A stretch of DNA of 27,628 bases, taken from NCBI RefSeq assembly GCF_004010195.1, contig NC_057750.1, positions 11,089,388-11,117,015 on the forward strand, read 5' to 3'. This document shows, one piece after another, positions 1-12,029 of the stretch; the first letter of the stretch is position 1, and each line of letters opens with the position of its first letter. Under the pieces are notes generated by a model. The model was not told where the DNA came from and ran no database searches. It worked only from the letters and a program-made list of their open reading frames with translations. The stretch comes from Chiloscyllium plagiosum. Lineage: Eukaryota. The position numbers and the translations under genes were made by a program.

Positions 1-89
1 CGGGGAGAACGTGCAAACTCCACACAGACAGTCGCCTGAGTCGGGAATTGAACCCGGGTCTCTGGCGCTGTGAGGCAGCAGTGCTAACC
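1..89 (-). mobile_element. HE1/V-SINE-like SINE, 5' tRNA-derived head (truncated by window edge)
   Basis: Reverse complement ggttagcactgctgcctcacagcgccagagacccgggttcaattccc has Pol III A/B boxes; matches the copies at 2410, 12099 and 24325. Confidence 0.85.
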
Positions 90-99
90 CGTAGTTGCT

Positions 100-880
100 T
101 AATATACTGATGACACAAAGGTAGGTGGGAAACTGAGAATTGAAGAGGACAAAGGGAGCCTGCAAACCGATACAGATGGATTAAATGAGAGGATAAGTGT
201 TGATTAATGGAGTACACTTTAAGATGTGTGAAACTGTCCCATTTGGCAGGGAGACAATGGCCTAATGTGATTACTACTGGATTATTAATCCAGAGACCCA
301 GGTAATGTTCTGGAACGCAACTTCAAATCCCGCCATGGAATCCAATAAAAATCTTGAATTAAGAGTCTGCTGGTGACCATGAAACAGTTGCTGATGATCA
401 GGAAACCCTGCTTGGTTCACTAATGTCCCATCGGAAAGAAAACTCCCGTCGTCATCTGGTCTGGAACTCCAGACCCACAGCCAATGTGATTGCCTTCTGG
501 GTAATAAATGCTGGCCTAGCTAGTGATGTCTACATCTTGTGAACGAAAACGAAAAATAGAAAAGAACTGAATCATAGAACTCTAAGAGGAACCATGGAAT
601 AGGATTTGGTTAGTGTACAGGTCCAACAAGAGATCAGTCAAATATTATGTTATCATGAGGAATGGGTATCGATGAGACCACATTTAGAGAGTATTAGTCT
701 CCTTACTGAGATTAAAATCACATTAGCAGTTGTGCAGAAAAAATTCACACAACTGATTCTTTCATTGATGTAATTTCCTTAAGAGAAAATGTTGGACAGT
801 ATGGGTCTGTATCTATTGGGGTTTAGTAGAATGACAGGTTTTCCAATGAAATGTAAGATCTTGAGGGGACCTGACACGGT
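100..880 (+). mobile_element. Degenerate CR1 LINE ORF2 fragment, interrupted by a SINE at about 251-548
   Basis: ctgatgacacaaaggtaggtgg is a (FA)DDTKVGG RT motif; later LGLYxLE.RRMRG-like remnants near 800-880. Confidence 0.65.
251..548 (+). mobile_element. tRNA-derived SINE (second family, here called SINE-B)
   Basis: Head with taatgttctgg...ttcaaatcccgcc, core ggttcactaatgtcc...ctggtctgg...actccagacccacag, tail gtaataaatgctggcc...tgtgaacgaa shared with LINE-B 3' ends. Confidence 0.75.
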
Positions 881-884
881 GTTG

Positions 885-1262
885 CCCTGGGTGGGGGCAG
901 AAAACTGACCATACAAGTGCACGGACATCAGCTCACCACTGCCAGATAAGACCAGTACTCTCTCAATTCCAACCACACAGACAACGAAGGACACAAAGTC
1001 AACTGGGACAATGTAACCATCCAAGCACAGGCTAAACAGAGACACGCCAAAGAATTCCTTGAAGCCTGAACTCAATCAATAAACACATTGAACTGGACCA
1101 CGTATACAAACTACTCAGATACAGAACCGGAAGTACCAAACAACAGAGACACTTAAATACCAGGTGGGACAGACCACCAATATTGTATCGACAACGCACG
1201 GACAATGTCACCTAGTGAGGCGTTGCAATGTCTGCAGAAATCCACACTAGCTCGGTGGACTA
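885..1262 (+). mobile_element. Penelope-like element 3' fragment (GIY-YIG C-terminus plus decayed pseudo-LTR)
   Basis: Translates GRKLTIQVHGHQL...HTDNEGHKVNWDNVTIQAQAKQRHAKEFLEA, matching the TGR.L..R..EH and H.F.WD...LE motifs of PLE endonucleases; contains stops. Confidence 0.75.
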
Positions 1263-2264
1263 CAATGATTTAGAATATCAGGTTGGCATGGGCAAGTCAG
1301 ATCGAAGGGTCTGCCTCCGTGCTGTGCAACTCTATGACTAAGAGGCTGATAATTTTTTTAGAATTAAAGGCATCAAGGGGTATGGGGAGAAAGTGGGAAC
1401 ATGGCATTGAGACAGAAGATCAGCTACGAAGAGCTGAATGTCCGATTCCTAACTTCTATGAAAAGGAAATCTTTTTTTTGTCACACGCCTGCGTGTGGTA
1501 CAGGTGATGCTCATCCTCTCTGGTCAAAACCTGATTCCGTCAAATTGCAACTTTAAATGCAACTGCTTTCACAGCCACTGCCATCAGGATTAATCACCCC
1601 ACTCAGTTATTCCTTCTGCTTGTGACTTTAAAATTAAAATTCAGCCTGACGGAACACAACATTGTTTCTTGCTGACGATGTAAAGGTTTGTTCACACACT
1701 TTTCCTCAAGGTGTGGTACAAGAGACCTGCTTTTCTGATCTCACTATCATGTCTTAATGAAGCTGATTTTATCTCTGAATCAGTGTTATGCAATTCAAGA
1801 CTGTCCGTCATGGAGATGCTGTCTTTTCAGACTTTATCTCAAATGTTCCTGCTGCTCACCACATTCATTAATGCCTTGGAGTTTGAAATGCAAGTTTGTA
1901 GTAAACACAAAGTTAGGAGAGATGGGAAACTGCAAATGGAGACTCATATAGATGCTCCAATCACCAAGGGAATGAAAAATGATCAGGAATGTAGAGTTGA
2001 GGTTAAAATGAGATTAGCCATGATCTTATTGAAGGATAGTAGCAGACTCAAACGACTGAGTGGGCATTCTCTTCTTCCTTTATGGTATGTACAAATAGAT
2101 ACCATCTGTACTTTAGTCATGGTAAGGGATAAATAATCACAGGAACTCTGGGCAAAATATCTCTGCCCTTCTTCCAAGTAGTCCTAGATACAGCTGAAAG
2201 GACAGACAAGGTCCCCTTCCATGTAACATCTCATCCTGCCTTGATCTAAACATGAACTAAAGAG

Positions 2265-3690
2265 CTGAATTCCAGATGGAAGGTGTAAGTTATTGCCCTT
2301 GACATCAAGGTCGCATTGACATAGAGTGCAGCATCAAGGAATACTCGAAAAACTGAAATCAATGGGAAATTGGTTGGAGTCATACTGAGCGAAAAGTAAG
2401 ATGACATGTAGTTAGAACCCCTACAGTGTGGAAGCAGGCCATTTGGCTCATCAAGTCCACACTGACCCTCCAAAGAGCATCCCACCCAGAGCCAACCTCC
2501 AACCTATACCCGTAACCCTGCATTTCCTATGGCTAATTCACCTATCCCTGGCCACTATGGGCAATTTAGCATGTCCAACCCACCTAACCTGCACATCTTT
2601 GGACTGCGGTAGGAAACCGGAGCACCCGGAAGGAACCCACATACACACAGGGAGAATGTGCAAACTCCACACAGACAGTTGCCCGAAGGTGGTTATTGAA
2701 CCCCAGGTCCCTGGTGCTGTGGGGCAGCAGTGCTAAACAATGAGTCACCGTGCTGTTAAGGTGAATCATTATTGAAGCAATACATCACTTTCTCAGGGTC
2801 ATGTCGTAGGTCTAATCATTTTCAGTTGCTTCATTAGTGACCTTACACCTAGTATTAGGGTAGAAGTGGGATGTTTGCTGATGCTTGCATGATGCTCAAC
2901 ACCATTCATGATTCCTCAGCTACTGAAGCAGCCTCTGCCATAGACTGACAAGACCTAGCCAAGACTCAGGCTTGTCCTGATGAGTGGTAAGTGACAGAGG
3001 GACCACGCAAGTGCCAGGCAATAGCCATCTCCTACAAGAGAGATTGTAACCACTTTGACGTTTAAGTGGCGTTCCAACCTCACCATCAAAATCCTGTGGT
3101 TTACTATTAACCAAATATTGAAGAGGACTAGCCATATAATTATACAAGAGCAAGCAGGAAGCTGGGAATCCTGCGGTGAGCAACACATCTTCTGACTGCC
3201 CAAAACCCATTCAACGTCTACAAGGCACAGGAAGGCAATAGAATACTCTCCACTTGCCTGGATGAGTACAGCCCTAACAACACTTAATAAACTCAACATG
3301 AACCAGACCAAAGCAGCCTAACTGACTGGCACCCTATTAGCACCTAAAACATTTACCCTCTCCACCAGCATCACAATGGCAGCGATGTGTACTATCTACA
3401 AGATGTGCTGAAAAATAACGTACCAAGATTCCTTTGATAGCAACTTCCAAACCCATGACCCCTACCATCGAAAAGGACAAAGGCAGACGCCTGGGAACAC
3501 CACCATCTGCAATTTGCTTCAAAGTCACTCGCCATTCTGACTTGGAAATATATTGCCATTCCTTTCAATATAACTGGGTTAAAGTCCTCCCTAACCACAC
3601 CATTTGGACTACAGTGGTTCCACAAGACAGCTCACCACTCTTTTCTCAAGAGTAATTAGTGATGGGTAATAATTGCTGGTCTTCTTGATC
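2265..3690 (+). mobile_element. Degenerate CR1-group LINE (here called LINE-B), RT region to 3' end, split by an HE1-like SINE
   Basis: ALDIKxAFD-like motif near 2295, MFAD near 2871, 3' tail cagctcaccac...ctcaag...attagtgatgggtaataa near 3628-3672. Confidence 0.75.
2410..2756 (-). mobile_element. Near full-length HE1/V-SINE-like SINE
   Basis: tRNA head, central domain gtctgtgtggagtttgcacattctccc and a HER1-like tail. Confidence 0.88.
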
Positions 3691-4265
3691 AAATAAAAAT
3701 AAAGCCGTTAAGCCACAGCTGAATCAGATCTGATGAGGAAATAATCACATGTAGTTCTGGCAGCCCAATGCTGCTCTGATCTGCCTACCCACATAAATTA
3801 TTGCTATGTGTAGTAACCTAATAAAAACTATGATCTTTGCTGAATATGCAGTCAGGATACGTACCCCACTCCTTTACTGGAACTATGTACATCATCACAG
3901 TAACTGTCAAAGTCCATAGGGAAGTTAGAGATCCTAACAGTAACAGTTTTGATGGGTCAGACCCATGTGGACTTTGTTGCCTCAACTGAGGTGATTATTT
4001 TAATGTCACAGAGCAGTGCTAACTCACGGAGTTTGCACATCAGGAAATCTGCAGGAGAAAGTCTTGTGACTCTTATTTTCCCCCACCTTTGACACTCATA
4101 AATTACTGGCAACCACAGATCACAGAGAAATCCCTGCTGATGATTCTGATGTTCACAACACAGGAAATGGTTAAAATTTAACAAAGAACATGTGATGATA
4201 CTAAAGGGTGGACTATGTAGAAGGTATGAGAAAGCATCAGTCAAGAATTCCAGTTTCTGTAGATC

Positions 4266-4510
4266 AGGGCAGCAGGATTGGTTTGGATTTATTACAAGGC
4301 AATGGGGAGAGAATTGGGCAGTGGGATTGGTATCGATTTATTACAGGGCTATGGGGAGAGAGCAGGATGGGGATTGGCTTGGATTTAAAACAGGGTTTTG
4401 GAAAAGAGAGAAAGGCAGTGGGATTAGTTTGGATTTAATTCAGGGCTATGGGGATTGGTTTGGGATTAATAGAGGTATCTGGCAAGGGAATGGGCAATGA
4501 AATTAGTTTG
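4266..4510 (+). repeat. Degenerate minisatellite, about 5 units of roughly 50 bp
   Basis: Recurring gggatt(g/a)gtttggattta..cagggctatgggga motif. Confidence 0.8.
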
Positions 4511-4679
4511 CGATTGCAAAGCAGGGCCAAGGGGTTCTTCCAATAAATCTGAATTAATTACTTTCACATAGAATTTGTAATTTACATTCTTGTGTCTGTC
4601 CTGTGAGTGTGAGATGAAAAGCTTTGAGAGCCTGTCTCTTTTTGTAGCAATACTCAAGTTTCACACATCCAAGGTAAGA

Positions 4680-4875
4680 ATAGTTATCCTTCAACCAACA
4701 TGTAAAAGCAGATTATCCGGTCATTATTCAATTGCTGTTTGAAGGGGTTTGCTGTGTGCAAATGGTTGTTATGTTTCATATATTATAACAGGGACTTCAC
4801 AGAAAGCACACAGTTACCTATCCAACACTATGGGATATCCTGAGACCATGCTTACTACAGAAATGCTGAAATCTT
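4680..4875 (+). mobile_element. Deu-domain SINE 3' fragment
   Basis: tcaaccaacat...cagattatccggtcatt...ttgctgtgtgcaaatgg matches the copy at 15095-15525. Confidence 0.6.
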
Positions 4876-4969
4876 CACACGTAACAGTGAAACCATCAGA
4901 CAGAAGACCTGAGGGTTATTAATCTGAAACATCTACCACCTGAAACGTGTTCCCTCATTGACATTTTGT

Positions 4970-6160
4970 AGAAACATCGAGAATTTACAGCGCAGAAGAT
5001 GGGTATTTGGCCCATTTGGTCCGGGCGAGCTGAAAAAGAGCAATTCAGCCTAATCCCACTTTTCAGATTTTATCTATAAGTTAGAGCACCTCAAATGTAT
5101 TTTCAAAGTATTTGAAAATATCATGAAGGCTTTTGCCTCTACTGGTCTTTCGAGCAAAGAATTCCAAATACCATCACCTTGTGCAAGAAAATGTCTCCTA
5201 CCATTCTACCATATTACACTTAAAGCTATGTCCCCAGTTATTGATCTCTATGCGAATGGAACTAGGTCTATATCCATTCTATTGCAGCTCCTGCAATATT
5301 ACATACCCAAATTCATGCTCTCCAGTTCAATTCAGCTCACCACCACCTTCCAAGGGCAATTAGTGATGCACAATAAGTACCAAAGCTCACACCCCTTAAT
5401 TAATTTTTAAAAAGTATCTCTAGTTACAAAGAAAACTTTCCTCCGTGCAAAAACTGGCCATTGCTGACAACATTCTTGTAAGTCTCCTCTGTCTCCACTC
5501 TGGTGCAGTCCCATTATCCTGTAATAGAACAAAGAATAAATAATAATACAGCACAGGTATAGGCCCTTCGGCCCTCCAAGCCTGTGCTGACACATTTTAC
5601 CCTTCCATACTAAAACTGTCTTCACTTACAGGATCCATATCCCTCTATTCTCTTCCTATTCATGTAGTCATCCAGGTGCTTCTTGAATGCTTTTAGTGTG
5701 TCTGCTTCCACCATCTCCTCTGGCAGCACGTTCCAGGCACTCACCATCCTTTGTGTGAAAAATGTGCCTCACACCATCTCTTTTAAGCTCTCCCCCTTGC
5801 AGGTTGAACCTGTGCCCCCTAGTAATTGACCCCTCCACCCTGGGAAAAAGCCTCACACTTTCCACTCTATCCATGCTATTCACAATCTTATTAACTTCTG
5901 TCAGGTCTCCCCTCAACTTCCTGCGTTCCAGTGAAAACAAACCCAGTCTATCCAACCTTTCTTCATATCAAACCCGACCCCTCATGCCAGACAACATCCT
6001 GGTAAACCTTTTCTGTACTATCTCCAAAGTATCCATATCCTTCTGGTAGTGTGGGGTCCAGAACAATATGCTGTCTAACTTGTATTTTATACAGTTCCAG
6101 TACAATCCGCCAGCTCTTATACTCTGGGCCTTGGCCTGACGAGTGGAGCACTTCCAACAT
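4970..6160 (-). mobile_element. CR1 LINE 3' fragments (older copy about 4970-5520, better preserved copy about 5525-6160)
   Basis: ORF 5668-5955 MDRLGLFSLERRKLRGDLTEVNKI...TRGHRF is the CR1 ORF2 C-terminus. Confidence 0.85.
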
Positions 6161-7467
6161 TCTCTTGTTGTTTTTCTCTCGATTTTCCAGTTGTTATGAT
6201 TTAAACCAGCATCTGCTTCTCTCCTTGGCTGGAGAGCTCATTTCTATTCTTGGATATTGGATCATTCACTCGATGTAAATGGCAGGACTCCCACTGAGCA
6301 TGTGTTGGCAGCGATACTGATCTGTGGACAATGCTCTGGCCTTCAAGCTGAGTCATGCATTATTTAGCTGAGAATTTTAGTCATACCATCCTGTCACTTA
6401 AAGCTGGTGGGAAATCTGATGTTCCAAAGAATTGTGGATTTTGATAACAAATGCTTAAACATTCTTGTTCCGAATTCCTCTCTGCGATGAGGTAATCAAA
6501 AGACTATTGGATAATTATTCAAGTAGAAACAATATGCAAGGCCATGGGGAAAGAGCTGGAGAATGGTACTCAATCATTTAGAGAGCCAGTGCGTACATAT
6601 AAGGACAAATGACTGCTTACTGCACTATAACACTGCTGTGATCTCCTGCTTAGGTATTCGGGACTGCTTAAATTAGTGTTTGGTGAAGGGATTTCCTTGT
6701 CTGTTCTCCTCCCTCCCATTACAGACGCTCTAGCTGTTATTAATGCCTTCAGCCAGTCTCCTAACTTCACCAAGCCAGGGTGAAGTTGCACAGACTGATC
6801 AGGCTCAGTAACAAGCCCCATCCTAGTAGATCAACCCACAAAAGAGACCAATCAATAACCAGTGGAACAGTGGCTCCAGTGGGCACTACTGACAGGAGGG
6901 AGAGGGCTGGTGGTGGTCATGGAAGGAAAGAAAGCAGCTAAGATCCAATACTGGCACTTTCCCTGGTATCCTGTGTGGTGCAAATTCCTGGAGCTGCTGC
7001 ATGCTCAGACATTGGCAACACACAGCATTGCACAGATATCAGATTGCAAAGTCATCAAAGGGTGGCTGCAGACTCAAAATGGGATATGAAAACAGCTGGG
7101 CAATCGGAGCTGTGTTAAAACCAGCCTAAAATATGCCACAAACAGCCCAGTAATTGGAACATGTCGCGAAAAAGGGCAAATCTGTGATTACACTGCAAAC
7201 TCTGAGCCAATATTTACACAACAGGAGAGGATTCATCATCCAATTCATGCAATTAAGGATATGTTCTTCACTCTTACTGAGCAGGCACAAACTGGTTTTT
7301 AATTATCATAAAACTTGCCTCAAGGTAATTACCTCTTGATTGTGTATGCGGAAAACTGCTCCTGCTAATTCCCCGTGCTTATTTAAAAGAAATATTGCAA
7401 AAGAATTCATTTCCATCCACCCTTCCTGTTCCCACGGCTCTCTGAACAGCTTCCTATTTCCATTCAT

Positions 7468-7852
7468 TGAGTCATAGAGATGTACAGCACGGAAACAGAA
7501 GCTTCGGTACAACCTGTCCATGCCGACCAGATATCCCAACCCAATCTAGTCCCACCTGCCAGCACCTGGCCCATATCCCTCCAAACCCTTCCTATTCATA
7601 TATCCATCCAAATGCCTCTTAAATGTGCAATTGTACCAGCCTCCACCACATCCTCTGGCAGCTCATTCCATACCCTTACCACTTCTGTGTGAAAACATTG
7701 TCCCTTAGGTCTCTTTTATATCTTTCTCCTCTCACCCTAAACCGATGCTCTCTAGATCTGGACTCCCCGACCCCAGGGAAAAGCCTTTGCCTATTTACCC
7801 TATCCATGCCCCTCGTAATTTTGTAAACCTCTATAAGGTCATCCCTCAGCCT
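7468..7852 (-). mobile_element. HER1/CR1 LINE, 5'-truncated 3' end
   Basis: Tail ctctatgactc on the minus strand; highly similar to 13120-13493 and 10140-10520. Confidence 0.88.
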
Positions 7853-7879
7853 AAGACTCAGAACTTCTTTGGAGGTTGC

Positions 7880-8660
7880 ACTTTTTATTCTTTCACAGGC
7901 TAGGCCAACATTTACCCTGCGTTCCTAGTTACCCTTGAGAAGGTGGTGGTGAGCTAAGCTGTTTTCTTGAATTAAGACAGTTTATTACGGACACCCACAG
8001 TGCTGTTAGTAAGGGATTCCAGGGTTTTGACCTACTGACAGTGAAGGAACTGTGATTTACTTCAATGTCAGGGTGGTAGGTATGAGGCTTGGAGGGAAAC
8101 TTGCAGGTGTTCCCATGTATCTGCTGCCCTTATCCCTGTGTTAGAGGTCATGGGTTTGCAAGGTGCTATCTAAGGTTCTGGCCTGTATGTTTTCTGGCTC
8201 AGTCCACGAGAACATGGGACATTTTTCACGTATCGGCCTTTTGAGGAACATAGTCAGGATTCACTATCGCAGTGTCAAAAACATCAACTTCCTGGGAAGT
8301 TACCATTGACCAGACACTGAACTAGTGCAGTCATATAAATACTGTGGATACTAAAACAGGTCAGAAACTGAGAGCCTTGCAATGAATAACTCTTCTTGCT
8401 ACACAAAACCTGCCCACTGTCTACAAGGCACAAGTTAAAATGCTCTCCACATGCTCGATGAGAGCAGCTCCAATAGCACTCAAAAGGCTTAACACCTTTC
8501 AGGATAAACTAGCCCACCTGATTGGCACCCACCTACCACCTTCACTCCCTCCACCATTGAGGTACAGTGGCAGCTCACCACCACTTTCTCAAGGGCAACT
8601 AGAGACAGGCTAAAAATGCTGCCCAGCCAGAAACATGCACATCCTGTGAATGAATAGGAA
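7880..8660. mobile_element. Two LINE-B 3' fragments in opposite orientation (minus about 7880-8180; plus about 8285-8660)
   Basis: Both carry the agctcaccaccac(c/t)ttctcaaggg tail. Confidence 0.7.
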
Positions 8661-8669
8661 AAATATGTA

Positions 8670-8890
8670 CCTTAGAGCCATTTAAATATTTATGGTATGT
8701 AACTCCTCTTGTAACACAGAAACCACAGCTGCCAAATGCATCACAGCAAAATCCCACAAACAATAACGTGATATTAACAGGATAATCCATTTTAGAGCTT
8801 TGCTAACAGCAGTTAGCAGGAACTCCCTTTGCTGGTCTTTGAAGAGGCGCTGTGCGATCTTTTACATTCAGTTGAAAGGGAAGACGTTCC
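8670..8890 (-). mobile_element. Deu-domain SINE fragment
   Basis: Reverse complement contains aatgtaaaagatcgcac..., aagggagttcctg and tgggattttgctgtg, similar to the other Deu copies. Confidence 0.55.
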
Positions 8891-9160
8891 CCGAAAAGAA
8901 GAAATAAAAAGGGTGAGAACGGTTAGTGAATCGGGGAACCAGGTACACTGGTCTTTAAGCTGTCATTAGACAGATACAGAAAATAGTCAATAAGGCTCAT
9001 GTAATTCTGACATTTATATCTGAGTCCAGAATAAAAGGCTGCGGTTTGGGAGCATTGAGGTGGAACAATTTTGTTTCAGTTATACAAAGATTTATGTCAA
9101 AGGCACTTGGTGCACTGTGTTTCTGTACAACACAGCTAAGAAAGAATATATTGCCTTTAG

Positions 9161-9690
9161 TCAAAAACGTGGTGCTGGAAAAGCACAGCAGGTCAGGCAG
9201 CATCCGAGAATCAACATTTCGGGCATAAGCCCTTCATCAGGAATGTGGGGGAAGGGGACTGAGAGGGGCACCTCTCGTCACCGCAAGAGGTATAAAACCT
9301 GTGCCCACACCACCCCTCATCTCCATCCAATGCCCCAAAGAATCCTAACACATCTGGTAGAGATTTTCCTGCACATGCAAACACCTCAACTACTCGATCT
9401 GTTTCTCTCAGCGTGGTCTTCTCTACATTGGGGAGACAGGACGCCAACTCGGGAACGTGTCGTAGAACATCTCTGGGACACATGCACCAAACAAGCCCAT
9501 CGCCCTGTGGCTGGCCACTTCAACTCCCTCTCTCACTCCATCATGGACACACAAGTCCTGGGCCTCCCCCACTGCCAAATCCTAGCCATCTAATGTCTGG
9601 TGGAAGGACACCTCGTCTTCTGCCTTGGGACCCTCCAGCTACACAGCATCAACGTCGATTTCACAAGTTTCCTCACCATCCCCCCCAACA
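9161..9690. mobile_element. Penelope-like element: inverted pseudo-LTR (minus, about 9161-9250) joined to a GIY-YIG fragment (plus, about 9270-9690)
   Basis: ctctacattggggagacaggacgccaactc encodes LYIGETGRQL; the minus strand has the hammerhead-like core ctgatgaagggcttatgcccgaaatgtt. Confidence 0.85.
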
Positions 9691-10785
9691 ATGAGAGATG
9701 ATGTAGGCCTTGAATGTATTCTTTGGAATTCAGGAGATTAGTGGATGACCTGATCAAATCCTCTAAGATACGAAGAAGAGCAGCTGAATAGAGAGCAACT
9801 ATTGCTATTGCTTGGAGATTCTAAGACAGGGATCACAGTCTGTAGGTTACAGCTGAACCTTTCAGGAGTGAATTTAGAAAACATTTCTACACAGAGGGAG
9901 GGAGACATTTGGAATTATTTTCTGTAAATTCTGCATTGAGCACACGATTTGGGAGGTCATGTTGCGGCTATACAGGACATTGGTGAGGCCACTTTTGGAA
10001 TATTGCGTGCAATTCTGGTCTCCTTCCTATCGGAAAGATGTTGTGAAATTTGAAAGGGTTTGGAAAAAGTTCATAAAGATTACAGGATTTGAGCTAGAGG
10101 GAGAGGTTGAATAGGCTGGGGCTAATTTACCTTCAGCATCAGAGGCTGAGGGGTGACATTATAGAGGTCTATAAAATCAGGAGGGGCATGGATAGAATAA
10201 ATAGATAAAGTCTCTTCCCTGGGGCGGGGGGAGTCCAAAACGAGAGGGCATTGGTTTAGGGTGAGAGGAGAAAGATATAAGAGAGACATAAGGGGCAACA
10301 TTTTCATGCAAGAGGGTGGTACGTGTATGGAATGAGCTGTCAGAAGTGGTGGTGACTAGTACAACACTTTAAAGGCATCTGGATGGGTATATGAATAGGA
10401 AGGGTTTGGAGGGATATGGGCCAGGTGCTGGCAGGTGGGACTAGATTGGGTAGGATATCTGGTCGCCATGGACGAGTTGGACTGAAGGGTCTGTTTCTGT
10501 GCTGTAGGACTCTATGGTGCCCGAACAATGGTTAATTTTAAATCTGAATTTGATAGATTTCTGTTAACCAAAGATATTAGAGTTGTAACTTTTGTCACTG
10601 TCCATTACGCCACCAATTTAGGTGTCATCCACAAACCTACTAACCATTCCTCCAGTGGTACAGCCTTAGAGTAAAGGGAAGACCCCATAGAACAGAGATA
10701 AGGAGAAACTTCTTCAACGCGAGGGTGGTGAATCTGTGGAATATGTTGCCACACAGAAGGCTGTGGAGGCCAGGTCATTGAGTAA
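9690..10785 (+). mobile_element. Cluster of CR1/HER1 LINE fragments (best preserved about 9940-10520)
   Basis: LYRTLVRPLLEYCVQFWSP motif near 9968-10025 and a HER1-like tail near 10490-10515. Confidence 0.85.
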
Positions 10786-10792
10786 ACACACA

Positions 10793-10798
10793 TTTATT
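10793..10798 (-). terminator. Candidate polyadenylation signal (AATAAA) for DMAC2, implying a 3' UTR of about 0.8 kb
   Basis: tttatt on the + strand at the end of the unique sequence downstream of the stop codon, just before repeat DNA resumes. An ATTAAA variant also occurs at 11190-11195. Confidence 0.5.
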
Positions 10799-11570
10799 AT
10801 TTTTAAATGAGTCTTCCTGGAGGATTTAGCTGCACTGGGTATGAATGCTGGATCTCTCCACCAGCACCAGTTTAGATGCACTTTTGTCACACAGAATGCA
10901 GTAGTTCAAGCCAAGCATTATCTGATGCTGGGCAATAAATTGTGATCATACCAGTGATATTTTGAGATGTGCATGCAGGGCTACTGGGGAAATGACACAG
11001 GAAGGGCAATATTTGAATTGCTCCTGCAGAGAGGTAGCACTGACATGATGGGTGAATGGCCTCTTTCTCTCCTCTAACACTAACCATTCTAAGATTGGTC
11101 AAAAAAAATACTGCACTCTTCCAGATATCAACTGCAAAGATTCCAATGATAAACTGGGCGTGAACATCACACAAATAAGCAGCCCAAACTTTAATAAACC
11201 CTTTCTTCAGGTATTTGAAACACAAATTGGATTTGAATTGCAGCAGAGGTAATAATTTTGAGAGGAACGGCAAACCCTCCTTAAACTGGTACAATTCAGT
11301 AAGGGTGGCATTGCAACGAGGTCCAACACAGGCAGGAGCGGATTTTGTTGGTAATCACTGGGCTCATTCACTTAGCTAGGTCAATCAGTTATGGAGAGCC
11401 CAGAGGCAAAGTGAAGGCCGGGGTTGAACTGTCTGTCTTCTACTTGCTAATCCAAGAGAAGCACTTGACACCCGGCTCGTAGCCTGCTGCATGAGACAGG
11501 AGATCCCTCAGAGATAAAGTCCAGCTCTTTCGTACAATTGGATTGAAGCACGCAGTTACAGCTCAGCCAA

Positions 11571-11760
11571 TCACTGGTTTGGATTTGCAGAGCAGTTTCT
11601 CAGTTCAGGGTCTGATTGCAGCAGGGGCTGCTGTAATAACCCATCCTCGTACTGAATCCCCACAATCGTGCACTGCGGCAGACTCTCCTCCAACAGGATT
11701 CTCATCATCCCTCGGTTTTTCACAGCAGGAAGGTCTGATAGATCCAACCGCTTTAAGTTC
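11571..11760 (-). CDS. DMAC2: DMAC2/ATP5SL last coding exon (190 bp including TGA)
   Basis: Acceptor ccttttctccacag. Reads NLKRLDLSDLPAVKNRGMMRILLEESLPQCTIVGIQYEDGL...NPNQ*, resembling the recalled human [34 protein letters not shown]. The five exons sum to 756 nt with no internal stop. Confidence 0.96.
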
Positions 11761-12029
11761 CTGTGGAGAAAAGGCAAAGGTGAAGGGCCTAATTTCTGCT
11801 CCTATGTCTTATATAAATAATTTGGATGCGAATTTACCATAAATGACAAATTAAGAGACATTGGTTAGATGGGTACATAGAGATCAATTTGGGATGGCAG
11901 AATAGGTTTGAGGGGTTAAATGGGTGAAGGGTAAAGGGAGCACAGGACATGGCAAAGATTGGTCATCAGCTGAAACAGTGGACCTCCAGGTGCCACCTTG
12001 CCATCTGCAGCCTCTGCAATTTTAGTTGT

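Noticed and set aside
1482..1497. Short palindrome cacacgc-ct-gcgtgtg in unique sequence
   Set aside because: A 7-bp arm is expected by chance in a window this size and nothing else supports a function.
1711..2136. 141-aa + strand ORF
   Set aside because: Non-ATG start, no recognisable domain, and the 3' half overlaps a decayed CR1 tail.
6725..6781. Possible + strand micro-exon after a pyrimidine tract (cccattacag)
   Set aside because: No convincing donor and no recognisable peptide or partner exon.
9060..9593. 177-aa ORF, the longest in the track
   Set aside because: Runs across unique DNA, an inverted pseudo-LTR and a frameshifted Penelope fragment; not a coherent gene.
11125..11210. Possible + strand exon (ttccag|...INCKDSNDKLGVNITQISSPNFNKPFLQ|gtattt)
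   Set aside because: Weak donor, no recognisable protein, no partner exons; it lies within the likely DMAC2 3' UTR.
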